Shown here piece by piece: positions 18,998 through 28,603 of a stretch of DNA of 64,000 bases. The position numbers and the translations under genes are program-made. The stretch is from Spirochaetia bacterium. GTDB lineage: Bacteria; Spirochaetota; Spirochaetia; SZUA-6; Bin103. The notes below the pieces were generated by a model. That model worked only from the letters and a program-made list of their open reading frames with translations. It ran no database searches and was not told the origin of the DNA. How positions within the stretch are numbered: position 1 is the first letter of the stretch; every line of letters begins with the position of its first letter. The stretch covers positions 288,001 through 352,000 of the forward strand of contig CBDBOV010000004.1 in assembly GCA_965208575.1 (NCBI GenBank), in the 5' to 3' direction.

Positions 18998-20959
18998 CTA
19001 CTTGTAGAAGAACTGGGCGGCGAAGTAGTTGAGGTTCAGGGTCTCCTCGAACCAGGGGTGCGGGACTTCGGGCGTGTTGCCGATGTTGGGACGCGCGATG
19101 AACACCATCGGCGACATGCCGACCGTGCCGATCGTGAACAGGTTGTCGGACAGCCACTGGAGGTACTCGGTGCTGGCATCGAGGTACTCCTCGCTGTTGT
19201 AGACCAGGTTGATGCGGTTGCGGCCCATGGTGATCATTTCCTTGATCTCTTCCGGCGGCTCCTCGCCGGGCAGCACGCCGCCTTCGAAGTCCTCCAGCTT
19301 CGCGAGTCCCAGTTGGACCCGCTCGTTGGCATCGATCCACAGCCACCACGTCGGCGCACGCCAACTGAAGCCGAACGTATAGCGCGACAGGAAGGTGTAC
19401 ATCTCGATGCCGTGCACCGGCCCGCTGGTCACGTCGGTGTCCGGCGACCGCCGGCGCTCGCCCCAGATGTTGCCGCCCACTTCCTTGACCTGCACCTCGA
19501 AGCCCAGGTCTTCCCAGAACTCCTTGACCAGCTCGTGGCCGAGCGCAATACCCTGGTGGATGATCGACGAATACTCGATGGTGAGCAGGATCTTGCGGCC
19601 CTCGGAGTCACGCCGCAGGCCGTCCGAGCCGCGGGCCAGACCGATTTCGTCGAGCATGCGGTTGGCCTCGTCCGGATCGTAGCGGGCATAGGGGTTGGTC
19701 TCCGCCCACTCCGACTGGTAGTAGCTGGTGCCGGGCAGCACCGAGGCCTGGCGCGGCGTTGCGAAGCCGGAGAACGCGACGCGATTGATCTCGTCGCGGT
19801 CGATGCCGAGCGACATTGCCTGCCGGAACTTGATGTTGTTGTACAGCTCGCGGCGCACCGGATCGGTGTGGTTGAGGTTGAAGCCGTACGACGCCTCGTT
19901 GCCCTCGACCCCCGGGATCAGCTTGACCACGTAGTTGCCGGCCGCCTCGTTCTGCTTGTACAGGGTGTAGTTGTCCAGCGTGGCGGAGAGGAAGGCGACG
20001 TCGGCCTCGCCGGCGATGATCTTCAGGTCGTAGGTCTCCTTCTCGACCAGCTCGGAGACGATCCGGTCGGCGTAGGGGAGCTGGTTGCCGGCCTGGTCCA
20101 CCTGGTGGAAGAAGGGGTTGCGCACGAAGGCGCGGATCGTGGTGGTCTGCTCGGTGAACATCCACGGATCCACGCGCGGCCGGTTGATATCATGGGTGGG
20201 CCGGAAGCTGGCGTGATTGTTGAACGCCTCGCCCCAGTTCTCGAAGCCCTCCTCCTTGGCGACCGCGTTGGCATCTTCGTTGTACGCGATGTGCCACTTG
20301 CTCAGGTAGTGCTTGGGGCTGTACAGCATCCAGTCGGTAGAGCGCCAGTGCACCATGTCGAGCAGGAACGCCGGGAACGGGCGGTTGAATTCGTAGCGCA
20401 CCGTATAGTCGTCCACCGCCACCACGTTTTCGATCTGGGAACGGATGCCCCAGGTCTCCACCTCTTCCTGCTTGAACATGTCGTAGAACTTGAAGGTGAA
20501 GTCATGCGCGGTGTACGGCGCGCCGTCCGACCACTTCATGCCCTCGCGCAGGAACAGGGTCAGGCTCATGTTGTCCGGTGCAAGCAGGTAGTCCTTGGCC
20601 ACGTCGGGGCCGATCTGGCCGTCCGCGCCCATGCGCAGCAGCGTCGGGCCGCGGCTCGGCTCCTCGGTCAGGTCGTTCCACGGCGAGTTGTTGGTGGCGA
20701 ACACGAAGAACGTACCGCCGTAGTTGCCTACCTCGGCCACCTCCAGCACCATCGGCTCGACCGGCAGCCGCTCGTCGACCGGCGGCAGTTCGCCGCTCGC
20801 CACCATCTTGGCGAGCATCGGCGCCTCGTTGTAGGTGCCGCTCGCCACCGTGGCCGTGGTTGTTACGCCGCCGCCCTCCTCCTGGCCGCCGGCCCATGCC
20901 GTGCCAGTAATCAACAGCGCCGCCGTCACCAGCGACGCCAGGAACAATCGCTCTTTCAC
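18998..20959 (-). CDS. ABC transporter substrate-binding protein, family 5 (Opp/Dpp-like, sugar-binding subgroup)
   Basis: YNEAPML..LPPVDERLP, YGG, LREGMKWSDG, RNPFF..VD.AGNQLPY, FRQAMS..IDR; GTG start with AAGGAG. Confidence 0.92.
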   Translation of the reverse strand: MKERLFLASLVTAALLITGTAWAGGQEEGGGVTTTATVASGTYNEAPMLAKMVASGELPPVDERLPVEPMVLEVAEVGNYGGTFFVFATNNSPWNDLTEEPSRGPTLLRMGADGQIGPDVAKDYLLAPDNMSLTLFLREGMKWSDGAPYTAHDFTFKFYDMFKQEEVETWGIRSQIENVVAVDDYTVRYEFNRPFPAFLLDMVHWRSTDWMLYSPKHYLSKWHIAYNEDANAVAKEEGFENWGEAFNNHASFRPTHDINRPRVDPWMFTEQTTTIRAFVRNPFFHQVDQAGNQLPYADRIVSELVEKETYDLKIIAGEADVAFLSATLDNYTLYKQNEAAGNYVVKLIPGVEGNEASYGFNLNHTDPVRRELYNNIKFRQAMSLGIDRDEINRVAFSGFATPRQASVLPGTSYYQSEWAETNPYARYDPDEANRMLDEIGLARGSDGLRRDSEGRKILLTIEYSSIIHQGIALGHELVKEFWEDLGFEVQVKEVGGNIWGERRRSPDTDVTSGPVHGIEMYTFLSRYTFGFSWRAPTWWLWIDANERVQLGLAKLEDFEGGVLPGEEPPEEIKEMITMGRNRINLVYNSEEYLDASTEYLQWLSDNLFTIGTVGMSPMVFIARPNIGNTPEVPHPWFEETLNLNYFAAQFFYK

Positions 20960-21038
20960 GATGTTTCTCCTTGTAGAAATTCCGCAAGATCTGCCGGCGC
21001 CCGTCGCCCGCAACCGTCGTCTACGGTAGTACCGAATC

Positions 21039-22223
21039 TTACATGTGTCGAGTGGCATAGGGGTCGGCCACGTCGCGCAGGCCGTCGCCGACCACGTTGA
21101 AGCACAGCACCGTGAACACCACGAACAGCGCCGGCAGCAGCAGCCACTCGTTGAGCGCCACCGTGCGTATGTTCTGCGCCTGCTGCAGCATCACGCCCCA
21201 ACTTATCACCGGCGGGCGCAGCCCGATGCCGAGAAAGCTGAGCGTGGTTTCGCCCAGGATCATGTAGGGAATCGCCAGGGTCAGGTGGACGATCAGGTAG
21301 CTCATGAAGCCGGGCAGCAGGTGGCGGAGGATGATGGTAAACTCCTTGGCCCCCGCGATCCCGGCCGCCATCACGAAGTCCTCGACGCGGAGCTGCAGGA
21401 TCTTGCCGCGCACCACGCGCGCCAGCTCGGTCCAGCCCACGATGGACAGGATCAGGGTGATCATGAAGTAGGTGCGCAGCACCGGCCACTCGGTCGGCAC
21501 CGCCGCCGCCAGCGCCATCCACAGCGGAATCGACGGCAGCGACTGCAGGAACTCGATGATCCGCTGCACGATCATGTCCACCGTGCCGCCGAAAAACCCG
21601 GAGGCGCCGCCGAGCAGGCAGCCGAGCACAAAGCTGATCGCCACCCCGACCAGGCCGATGGACAGAGACACGCGGGCGCCCTGCAATACGCGCGAGTACA
21701 TGTCGCGTCCGAGCCGGTCGGTGCCGAGCGGGAAGAAGGCGCCTGGCTCGTCCACCCCCATCAGGTGCAGCCGGCTCGGAAACAGTCCGAGGAACCGGTA
21801 CTCGTGGCCCTGGACAAAAAAGCGGATCGGAAACACCTGCGTGCGATCCAACACGTAGGTCTTGGCGAGCGTCTCCGGGTCTATTTCCTGGTTGAGGCCA
21901 TACACGAACGGGCGCTGCAGGCCGCCATCGTGGAAGATCCGCACCCGCGTCGGCGGCGTGAACTCGTAGTCGGTATTGCGTTCGAAGGTGTCGGCCACCG
22001 CGAAGAAGCCCGCGAACGCCGCCAGGGCGTAAATCACCAGCAGTATGACGGTGCCGGCCACGGCCAGCTTGTGCTTCAGGAACCGGCGCCGCATCAGCGT
22101 CCAGCTCGAGGCCAGGAAGTAGCGCTCCTCCTCGGCGGTTTCGGCGGCGCCGGCGGTCTCGAAACCGGCCGGCGGAAGGTGTGTATCCTGGGGGCTGAAG
22201 TCGGGGTTGAGGTCGGTACTCAT
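21039..22223 (-). CDS. ABC transporter permease (OppC-like)
   Basis: LGTDRLGRD, ARVVRG, FVMAA..AGA, ETTLSFLGIG, GDGLRD. Confidence 0.92.
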   Translation of the reverse strand: MSTDLNPDFSPQDTHLPPAGFETAGAAETAEEERYFLASSWTLMRRRFLKHKLAVAGTVILLVIYALAAFAGFFAVADTFERNTDYEFTPPTRVRIFHDGGLQRPFVYGLNQEIDPETLAKTYVLDRTQVFPIRFFVQGHEYRFLGLFPSRLHLMGVDEPGAFFPLGTDRLGRDMYSRVLQGARVSLSIGLVGVAISFVLGCLLGGASGFFGGTVDMIVQRIIEFLQSLPSIPLWMALAAAVPTEWPVLRTYFMITLILSIVGWTELARVVRGKILQLRVEDFVMAAGIAGAKEFTIILRHLLPGFMSYLIVHLTLAIPYMILGETTLSFLGIGLRPPVISWGVMLQQAQNIRTVALNEWLLLPALFVVFTVLCFNVVGDGLRDVADPYATRHM

Positions 22224-22233
22224 GCCGGACTTC

Positions 22234-23232
22234 TCACGCGCGGGCCGCCGCGCCGAAGCGGATGCGGGGGTCGATGGTCACCAGCAGGAGATCGGAGATC
22301 AGGGTGCCGACCATCGCCAGGCCGCCGAGCATCATCACCATGCTGCCGGCCAGGTACATGTCCTGATCGGTGAGCGCGAGTATGAGCAGCGGGCCGATGG
22401 TGGGCAGGCCGAGCACGATCGACACCAGCACCTCGCCGGACACGATGAACGGCAGCAGTCCGCCGATGGAGCTGATGATCGGGTTGATGGCGATGCGCAC
22501 CGGGTACTTGAACAGGATGCGCTGCTCGCGCACGCCCTTGGAACGGGCGGTCACCACGTACTGCTTGGCGAGCTCGTCGAGCAGCGAGCCGCGCAGGACC
22601 CGGATGATCGCCGCGGTGCCGGCGGTGCTGATCACGATCAGCGGCACCGGCAGGTGCTTCGCCAGGTCGACGACCTTGGCGAAGCTCCAGTCCGCCATGA
22701 TGTACTCGCGCGAGAACAGGCCGCCGGGACTCCACCCGAACAGCTTGAAGGTGACGAACATCAGGATCAGCGCGAGCAGGAAGTTGGGCGTGGCCAGGCC
22801 GATGAACCCGAACACCGTGAAGGTGTAGTCGGCGAACGAGTACTGGTGGGTGGCGGAGTAGATGCCGATCGGCACGGCGATCAGGTACACCAGGATGAGG
22901 CTGGAGATGGCGAGCGTGGTGGTGAGCAACAGGCGCTCGCCGATCAGCTTGGTCACCTCCTCGTCCCACTGGAACGAGCGCCCCATGTCGCCCTGCAGCA
23001 GGTTGAACAGCCAGGTCATGTACTGGCCCATGAACGGGCGGTCGAGGCCGTAGCGTTTCTTGAGATCGGCGATGGTCTCGGCGTCGATGGTCATGCCGCG
23101 GTTCTCCATGTTGATCACCAGGGTGGACAGGAAGTCTCCCGGCGGAAGCTGGATGATCACGAACGACACGAACGACAGGATGAGCAGCAGCACGAACATG
23201 TAGAAGATGCGGCGTACGATGTAGCTGGCCAT
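22234..23232 (-). CDS. ABC transporter permease (OppB-like)
   Basis: IQLPPGD, GDMGRS, PNFL, YVVTARSKG, DPRIR. Confidence 0.92.
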   Translation of the reverse strand: MASYIVRRIFYMFVLLLILSFVSFVIIQLPPGDFLSTLVINMENRGMTIDAETIADLKKRYGLDRPFMGQYMTWLFNLLQGDMGRSFQWDEEVTKLIGERLLLTTTLAISSLILVYLIAVPIGIYSATHQYSFADYTFTVFGFIGLATPNFLLALILMFVTFKLFGWSPGGLFSREYIMADWSFAKVVDLAKHLPVPLIVISTAGTAAIIRVLRGSLLDELAKQYVVTARSKGVREQRILFKYPVRIAINPIISSIGGLLPFIVSGEVLVSIVLGLPTIGPLLILALTDQDMYLAGSMVMMLGGLAMVGTLISDLLLVTIDPRIRFGAAARA

Positions 23233-23372
23233 TTTTTGTCGGGGCGCAGTGTACGCGGCCGCGTAAAATGATGCCAGTGGCAGCGCCGTCCGCCCCCGTC
23301 CTCCGCGGGCCGCCCGGCGGAGCGCCCCTGAGCGGGTTACCGCGTGACCGGATGCGCGGTAAGGTTCAGCCC

Positions 23373-24281
23373 ATGACGCGCATGATCATAGACTGCGATC
23401 CCGGCCTCGACGACGCCATTGCCCTGATCCTCGCCCACCACTGTGCCGAGGTGGTCGGGATCACGACGGTGAGCGGCAACGTGCCGCTGGCGGCCACCAC
23501 GGCCAACGCGCTGATGCTCACCGCCATGCTCGCTGTGCCCACGCCGGTGCACGGCGGCGCCGCGGGGCCGCTCGTCGGTGAGCCCACCTATGCGCCGCAC
23601 GTGCACGGCGAGTCGGGCATGGGCGACTTCGAACCGCCTGACCACGACCGCACGGCAGCCGGCGACGACGCGGTGTCCTACCTGCTGGACGCGGCGGCGC
23701 CGGACGTGTGGGTGGTGGCGGTGGGGCCGCTGACCAACCTGGCGCTGGCCATCGAGCGCGATCCGGACTGGGTGAAGCGCATCGCCGGCATCTCGATCAT
23801 GGGCGGCAGCACCGCGGGCGGCAACGTGACCGCGGCGGCCGAATTCAATATCTACGCCGACCCGGAAGCGGCGGCGCGGGTGTTCGCCTCCGGCGCCGAC
23901 ATCGTCATGTGCGGCTTGAACCTGACCCACCAGGTGATGACCAGCGATGCGCTGGTCGCCGACCTGCGCGCCGGCGGCGCGCCGCTGGAACGGTTCGCCG
24001 CCGGGGTGTTCGACTACCTGCACGGGGTGATGGCCGATCTGCTCGGCCAACGCGCCACGGCGCTGCACGACCCGTGCGCCGTGCTGGCTGCCACCCACCC
24101 CGAACTGTTCGAATTCACGCCGCGGGCGGTCGGCGTCGAGCTGGCAGGCTCCCTCACCCGCGGCATGACCGTGGTGGACGAGCGCCCGAGCCACCTGGGC
24201 CCGCCGGCCAACGTCCGGGTGGCCTACCGCATCGACGCGCAACGCGCCATGGCGCTGGTCAGGGAGTCGCTACGCGCCTGA
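23373..24281 (+). CDS. Nucleoside hydrolase (IU-NH family)
   Basis: DCDPGLDD, GPLTNLA, MGGS, AEFNIYADPEAA, LHDP; start ATG 23373, 7 nt after TAAGGT. Confidence 0.92.
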   Translation: MTRMIIDCDPGLDDAIALILAHHCAEVVGITTVSGNVPLAATTANALMLTAMLAVPTPVHGGAAGPLVGEPTYAPHVHGESGMGDFEPPDHDRTAAGDDAVSYLLDAAAPDVWVVAVGPLTNLALAIERDPDWVKRIAGISIMGGSTAGGNVTAAAEFNIYADPEAAARVFASGADIVMCGLNLTHQVMTSDALVADLRAGGAPLERFAAGVFDYLHGVMADLLGQRATALHDPCAVLAATHPELFEFTPRAVGVELAGSLTRGMTVVDERPSHLGPPANVRVAYRIDAQRAMALVRESLRA

Positions 24282-24288
24282 ATCTCCC

Positions 24289-26250
24289 CTACTGGTCCTT
24301 CAGGTAGAGCTGGTCGGCGAACTCGCTGAGGCCGCCGGTCCACACGTGGCGCGGCACGAACGAGGTCATTACGTTGCCGACCCGGTTCTTGGCCACCACC
24401 GGCACCGGCACCTGGCCAACGGTGCCGATCCAGAACAGGTTCTCGGCCTGCGTCTCGGCGATCTGGTAGATCAGGTCGCGGTACTCGTCGCTCTGCTCCG
24501 GCGTCTGCTGCGCCTTGTAGATGCGCCGGTCATGCTCCTCGATCCACTCCGGCGGCTGTTCGCCCGGCAGGTCGCCCTCCGACCCGCCGCCGGCCTCGCG
24601 GGCGTACACTTCGCTCAGCCACTGGTCCCACAGCGGCGCCCAGTTGGACTCGGTGCTCGCGGCCAGGTGCTGGATCAGCTTCTCGAAGGCGCGCACCGCG
24701 ATGTCGAACTGGTCGGTGTCGGTCAGCTCCCAGAAGAATGAGGGTTCATGGCCACGCAACTCGATGCGGATGCCCACGTCCTGCCAGTACTCCTTGATCA
24801 GTTCCAGCAACTCGCCGCGCGAGGAGCCGATCTCGATCACCTGGTGGTGAATCGTGAACTGCAGCGGGCCGCCGTCCGGGGCCAGCCGGAAACCGTCGCG
24901 GTCGCGCGCGGTCAGGCCGATTCCGTCCAGCAGCTCGTTGGCCATCTCCGGGTCGTACTGCGCGTACGCCTGCGCCCAGGCATCGTCGTACACGGAAAAG
25001 CTCTCCGGCACCGTGGCCTGGCGCGGCGTGCCCTGGCCGAAGTAGATCACCTCGTTGATCTCGTCGCGGTTGATCGCCACCGACAGCGCGATGCGGAAGT
25101 CGCGATTCTGGATCAGTTCGCGCTTGACCGGGTCGCCCACGTTCCAGTTGGGCTGCAGTCCCATCTCGGAGCCGAACAACCCGGGCACCAGGTGCACGGT
25201 GTAGTCGCCCGCCTCTTCGTTCTGCTTGTACAGGGAGAAGTTCTCGAACGTAGTGAACAGGTAGGCGATGTCGGCCTCGCCGGAGACGATCTTGAGATCG
25301 TAGGTCTCGGCGTTGACGATCTCGCCGATTACCTGGTCGATATAGGGAAGCTGATTGCCGGCCGAGTCGGCCACCATGTAGTAGGGGTTGCGGTCCATCA
25401 CCTTGCGCACCGTATCGGAGGAGGTGAGCACCCACGGGTGGATGGTAGGTCTGGCGAGATCTTCGGAGGGATTCCACCAGTAGTGGGAGCGGAACGCGTC
25501 CTGCCAGGTGTCGAAGCCCTCCTCCTTGGCCAGCGCCTCGGCGTCGTCGCCATAGTCGATGTGCCACTTCTTCAGGTAGTGGGCGGGCTGCAGGCCGACC
25601 CAGGCCCCGCCGGCCGGCCCGGCGAAGTCGGTGACGATGTTGGGTACCGGTTCGGTCCAGGTTACCGAGAAGCTGTACTCGCTGATCTGCTGCGAATCCT
25701 GCAACGGCGCCCCCATGAAGTTCCACATCTCCACCCCGTCCTTCAGGTGCATGTCCTTGAAGGCGAACACGAAGTCCTCGGCATCGAGCGGGTCGCCGTC
25801 CGACCAGCGCATGCCGGGACGCACGTGCAGGATGAGGTTCGTGTAGTCGTCCGACTGCTCGTAGTCGACGATCAGGCCGTCGTCGAAGGTGCCGTCCAGG
25901 TTCTGGCGGAAGAAGCGGGGCGAGATCTCGGTCATGTCGCCCACGTCCTGCCACGGACTCGGATCGCGGTGGTACACGAACAGCGTGCCGCCGTAGGTGC
26001 CGATCTCGTCGAACACAGGCCGCAGCATGGGTTCGGGCGGCATGCGCTCGTCGACCGGCGGCAGCGCTCCGTTCGCCACCATCTCGGCGAGCATGGGCGC
26101 CTCGTTGAATCGGGTCGGCATGACGCCGGCGGTGCTGCCGGAGGAGCCTCCCGACTCCTCGCCTTCACCGGCGGCGAATGCGGCCGTGCCGGTCAGGGCG
26201 AGCGCCGCAACCACGGCTATCGCCAAACAGGTCTTGAACATATTGAACAT
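24289..26250 (-). CDS. ABC transporter substrate-binding protein, family 5 (paralog of 18998..20959)
   Basis: FNEAPML..LPPVDERMP, GMRWSDG, RNPYY..AGNQLPY, FRIALS..INR; GGAGG RBS. Confidence 0.92.
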   Translation of the reverse strand: MFNMFKTCLAIAVVAALALTGTAAFAAGEGEESGGSSGSTAGVMPTRFNEAPMLAEMVANGALPPVDERMPPEPMLRPVFDEIGTYGGTLFVYHRDPSPWQDVGDMTEISPRFFRQNLDGTFDDGLIVDYEQSDDYTNLILHVRPGMRWSDGDPLDAEDFVFAFKDMHLKDGVEMWNFMGAPLQDSQQISEYSFSVTWTEPVPNIVTDFAGPAGGAWVGLQPAHYLKKWHIDYGDDAEALAKEEGFDTWQDAFRSHYWWNPSEDLARPTIHPWVLTSSDTVRKVMDRNPYYMVADSAGNQLPYIDQVIGEIVNAETYDLKIVSGEADIAYLFTTFENFSLYKQNEEAGDYTVHLVPGLFGSEMGLQPNWNVGDPVKRELIQNRDFRIALSVAINRDEINEVIYFGQGTPRQATVPESFSVYDDAWAQAYAQYDPEMANELLDGIGLTARDRDGFRLAPDGGPLQFTIHHQVIEIGSSRGELLELIKEYWQDVGIRIELRGHEPSFFWELTDTDQFDIAVRAFEKLIQHLAASTESNWAPLWDQWLSEVYAREAGGGSEGDLPGEQPPEWIEEHDRRIYKAQQTPEQSDEYRDLIYQIAETQAENLFWIGTVGQVPVPVVAKNRVGNVMTSFVPRHVWTGGLSEFADQLYLKDQ

Positions 26251-26347
26251 GGAAGCCTCCCTCGTGCGGATGCCGTAATCATAGTTGAGGGCGGCGTCCC
26301 ATGTACACCTCGATCCACTGTGGCCTCTGGTGGCTACTGCCAACAGG

Positions 26348-27526
26348 TTATTGCTTGTAGGGGTCGGCCACGTCGCGCAGGCCGTCGCCGGCGAAGTTGA
26401 AGCACAGCACCGTGAATACCACGAACAGCGCCGGAATCAGCAGCCACGGGTGCAGCGCCACGGTGCGCACGTTCTGCGCCTGCTGCAGCATCACCCCCCA
26501 GCTCACCACCGGCGGCCGCAGCCCGATGCCGATGAAGCTCAACGCGGTCTCACCCAGGATCATGTACGGCACCGCGAGGGTGATGTGGACGACCAGGTAG
26601 CTCATGAACCCCGGCAGCAGGTGGCGGAAGATGATCGACCGTTCCGGTGCGCCGGCGACCGACGCGGCCATGACGTAGTCTTCCACCCGCAACTGCAGGA
26701 TCTTGCCGCGCACCACCCGTGCCAGCCCGGTCCAGCCCACCAGCGACAGGATCACCGTGATCATGAAGTAGATTCGCAGCGGCGGCCAGTTCAACGGCAC
26801 CGCGGCCGCCAGCGCCATCCACAGCGGGATCGTGGGCAACGACTGCAGGAACTCGATGATGCGCTGCACGACCATGTCGGCGGCGCCGCCGAAGTATCCC
26901 GAGATGCCGCCGAGCAGGCAGCCGAGCACGAAGCTGATGGTCACCCCGAGCAGTCCGATGGAAAGCGAGATGCGCGACCCGGCCAGTACGCGCGAGTACA
27001 TGTCGCGGCCCAGGCTGTCGGTGCCGAACAGGAACATGTAGCCGGGCCGGTCGACGCCGAGCAGGTGCAGCGTGCTCGGGAACAGGCCGATCACGCGATA
27101 CTCGTGGCCGCGCACCAGGAACCGCACCGGAAAGATCTGCTCGCGGTCGTCCTCGTAGACCGGGGCCAGCGTCTCCGGGTGGCGGCCGACGATCAGGCCA
27201 TACACGAACGGGCGATGCAGCCGCCCGTCGTGGAACAGGCGCACCCTCGTGGGCGGCGCGAACAGGTGGTCCGGGTGACGCTGGTAGGTGTCCGCGACCG
27301 CGAAGAATCCGGCAAACGCCGCCAGCAGGTAGATGACCAGCAGGATGACGCTGCCGAACACCGCCAGGCGATGTTTCAGGAAGCGGCGCCTGATCAGGGT
27401 CCAACTCGACGCCACGTAGTAGCGCTCGCTGCGTTCGTCGGTGGCGGGCTCGGCCGGCGCCTCGATCCGGTAGCGGGCGATGCCGGTGGGCGCGGGCGCG
27501 TCGTCCCGCGACCTGCTCGAACTCAC
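26348..27526 (-). CDS. ABC transporter permease (OppC-like)
   Basis: FGTDSLGRD, ARVVRG, ETALSFIGIG, GDGLRD; GTG start overlapping the upstream stop. Confidence 0.9.
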   Translation of the reverse strand: MSSSRSRDDAPAPTGIARYRIEAPAEPATDERSERYYVASSWTLIRRRFLKHRLAVFGSVILLVIYLLAAFAGFFAVADTYQRHPDHLFAPPTRVRLFHDGRLHRPFVYGLIVGRHPETLAPVYEDDREQIFPVRFLVRGHEYRVIGLFPSTLHLLGVDRPGYMFLFGTDSLGRDMYSRVLAGSRISLSIGLLGVTISFVLGCLLGGISGYFGGAADMVVQRIIEFLQSLPTIPLWMALAAAVPLNWPPLRIYFMITVILSLVGWTGLARVVRGKILQLRVEDYVMAASVAGAPERSIIFRHLLPGFMSYLVVHITLAVPYMILGETALSFIGIGLRPPVVSWGVMLQQAQNVRTVALHPWLLIPALFVVFTVLCFNFAGDGLRDVADPYKQ

Positions 27527-28521
27527 GCCCGTGCCTCGTTCTCGAAGCGGATGCGGGGATCGACGGTCACCAGCATCAGGTCGGACACCAGCGTACCCAT
27601 CATCGCCAGCCCGCTGAGCAGCATCACCATGCTGCCGGCCAGGTACATGTCCTGCGCCTGCAGGGCGCGCAGCAGCAGCGGGCCGACGGTGGGCAGACTG
27701 AGCACGATGGAGACCAGGGTCTCGCCGGCCACGATTGCCGGCAGCAGGTAGCCGATGGTGCTGATGATCGGATTGAGGGCCAGCCGTACCGGGTACTTGA
27801 ACAGGATGATGCCCTCGCGCAGTCCCTTGGCGCGGGCCGTAATCACGTACTGCTTGGACAACTCGTCGAGCAGCGAGCCGCGCAGGATGCGGATGATCTC
27901 CGCGGTGCCGGCGGTGCCGATCACGATCAGCGGGATCGGCAGGTGCTTGAGCAGGTCGATCACCTTGCCGATGCTCCACGGCTCGAGCACGTACTCGCGC
28001 GAGAACAGTCCGCCCACGCTCCAGCCGAGGTGGGTGAACGTCAGGTACATCAGGATCAGAGCGAGCAGGAAGTTGGGGGTAGCCAGGCCGATGAAGCCGG
28101 CCACCGTGAACGCGTAATCGCCTACCGAATAGGGCCGCGTGGCCGAGTAGATGCCGATCGGCACCGCGATGACATACACGAAAATCAGCGACGCGACCGA
28201 GATGGTGACGGTCAGGGCGAGGCGCTCCATGATCAGGTCGGTGACCTCTTCGTTCCACTGGAAGGAGCGCCCCATGTCGCCCTGCAGCAGGTTGCCGAAC
28301 CACTTCAGGTACTGCAGCATTACCGGCTGGTCGAGGCCGTAGCGGTCCTCCAGGGCGCGGATCATCTCGTCGTCCACCGTCATCCCCAGGTTGCGCATGT
28401 TCTGGATCATGGTGCTGAGGTAGTCGCCGGGCGGGAGCTGGATGATCAGGAACGACACCAGCGACAGCACCAGCAGCAGTATGATCATGTAGATGACGCG
28501 GCGCACGAGATAGTGAGCCAT
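27523..28521 (-). CDS. ABC transporter permease (OppB-like)
   Basis: IQLPPGD, GDMGRS, YVITARAKG, DPRIR. Confidence 0.92.
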   Translation of the reverse strand: MAHYLVRRVIYMIILLLVLSLVSFLIIQLPPGDYLSTMIQNMRNLGMTVDDEMIRALEDRYGLDQPVMLQYLKWFGNLLQGDMGRSFQWNEEVTDLIMERLALTVTISVASLIFVYVIAVPIGIYSATRPYSVGDYAFTVAGFIGLATPNFLLALILMYLTFTHLGWSVGGLFSREYVLEPWSIGKVIDLLKHLPIPLIVIGTAGTAEIIRILRGSLLDELSKQYVITARAKGLREGIILFKYPVRLALNPIISTIGYLLPAIVAGETLVSIVLSLPTVGPLLLRALQAQDMYLAGSMVMLLSGLAMMGTLVSDLMLVTVDPRIRFENEARA

Positions 28522-28603
28522 CAGGCCTCCGCGCTGCTTGGCGGGCGCACGGCAGGGGCGGCGCAGCGCACCCGGCGGCGGGAGTCGAGCCGGTGCAACA
28601 TGC

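Noticed and set aside
19058-26400. Long antisense ORFs opposite the SBP and permease genes (similar ones at 46536-48569 and 49457-51811)
   Set aside because: Expected from strong GC3 bias; no motifs, RBS or plausible composition
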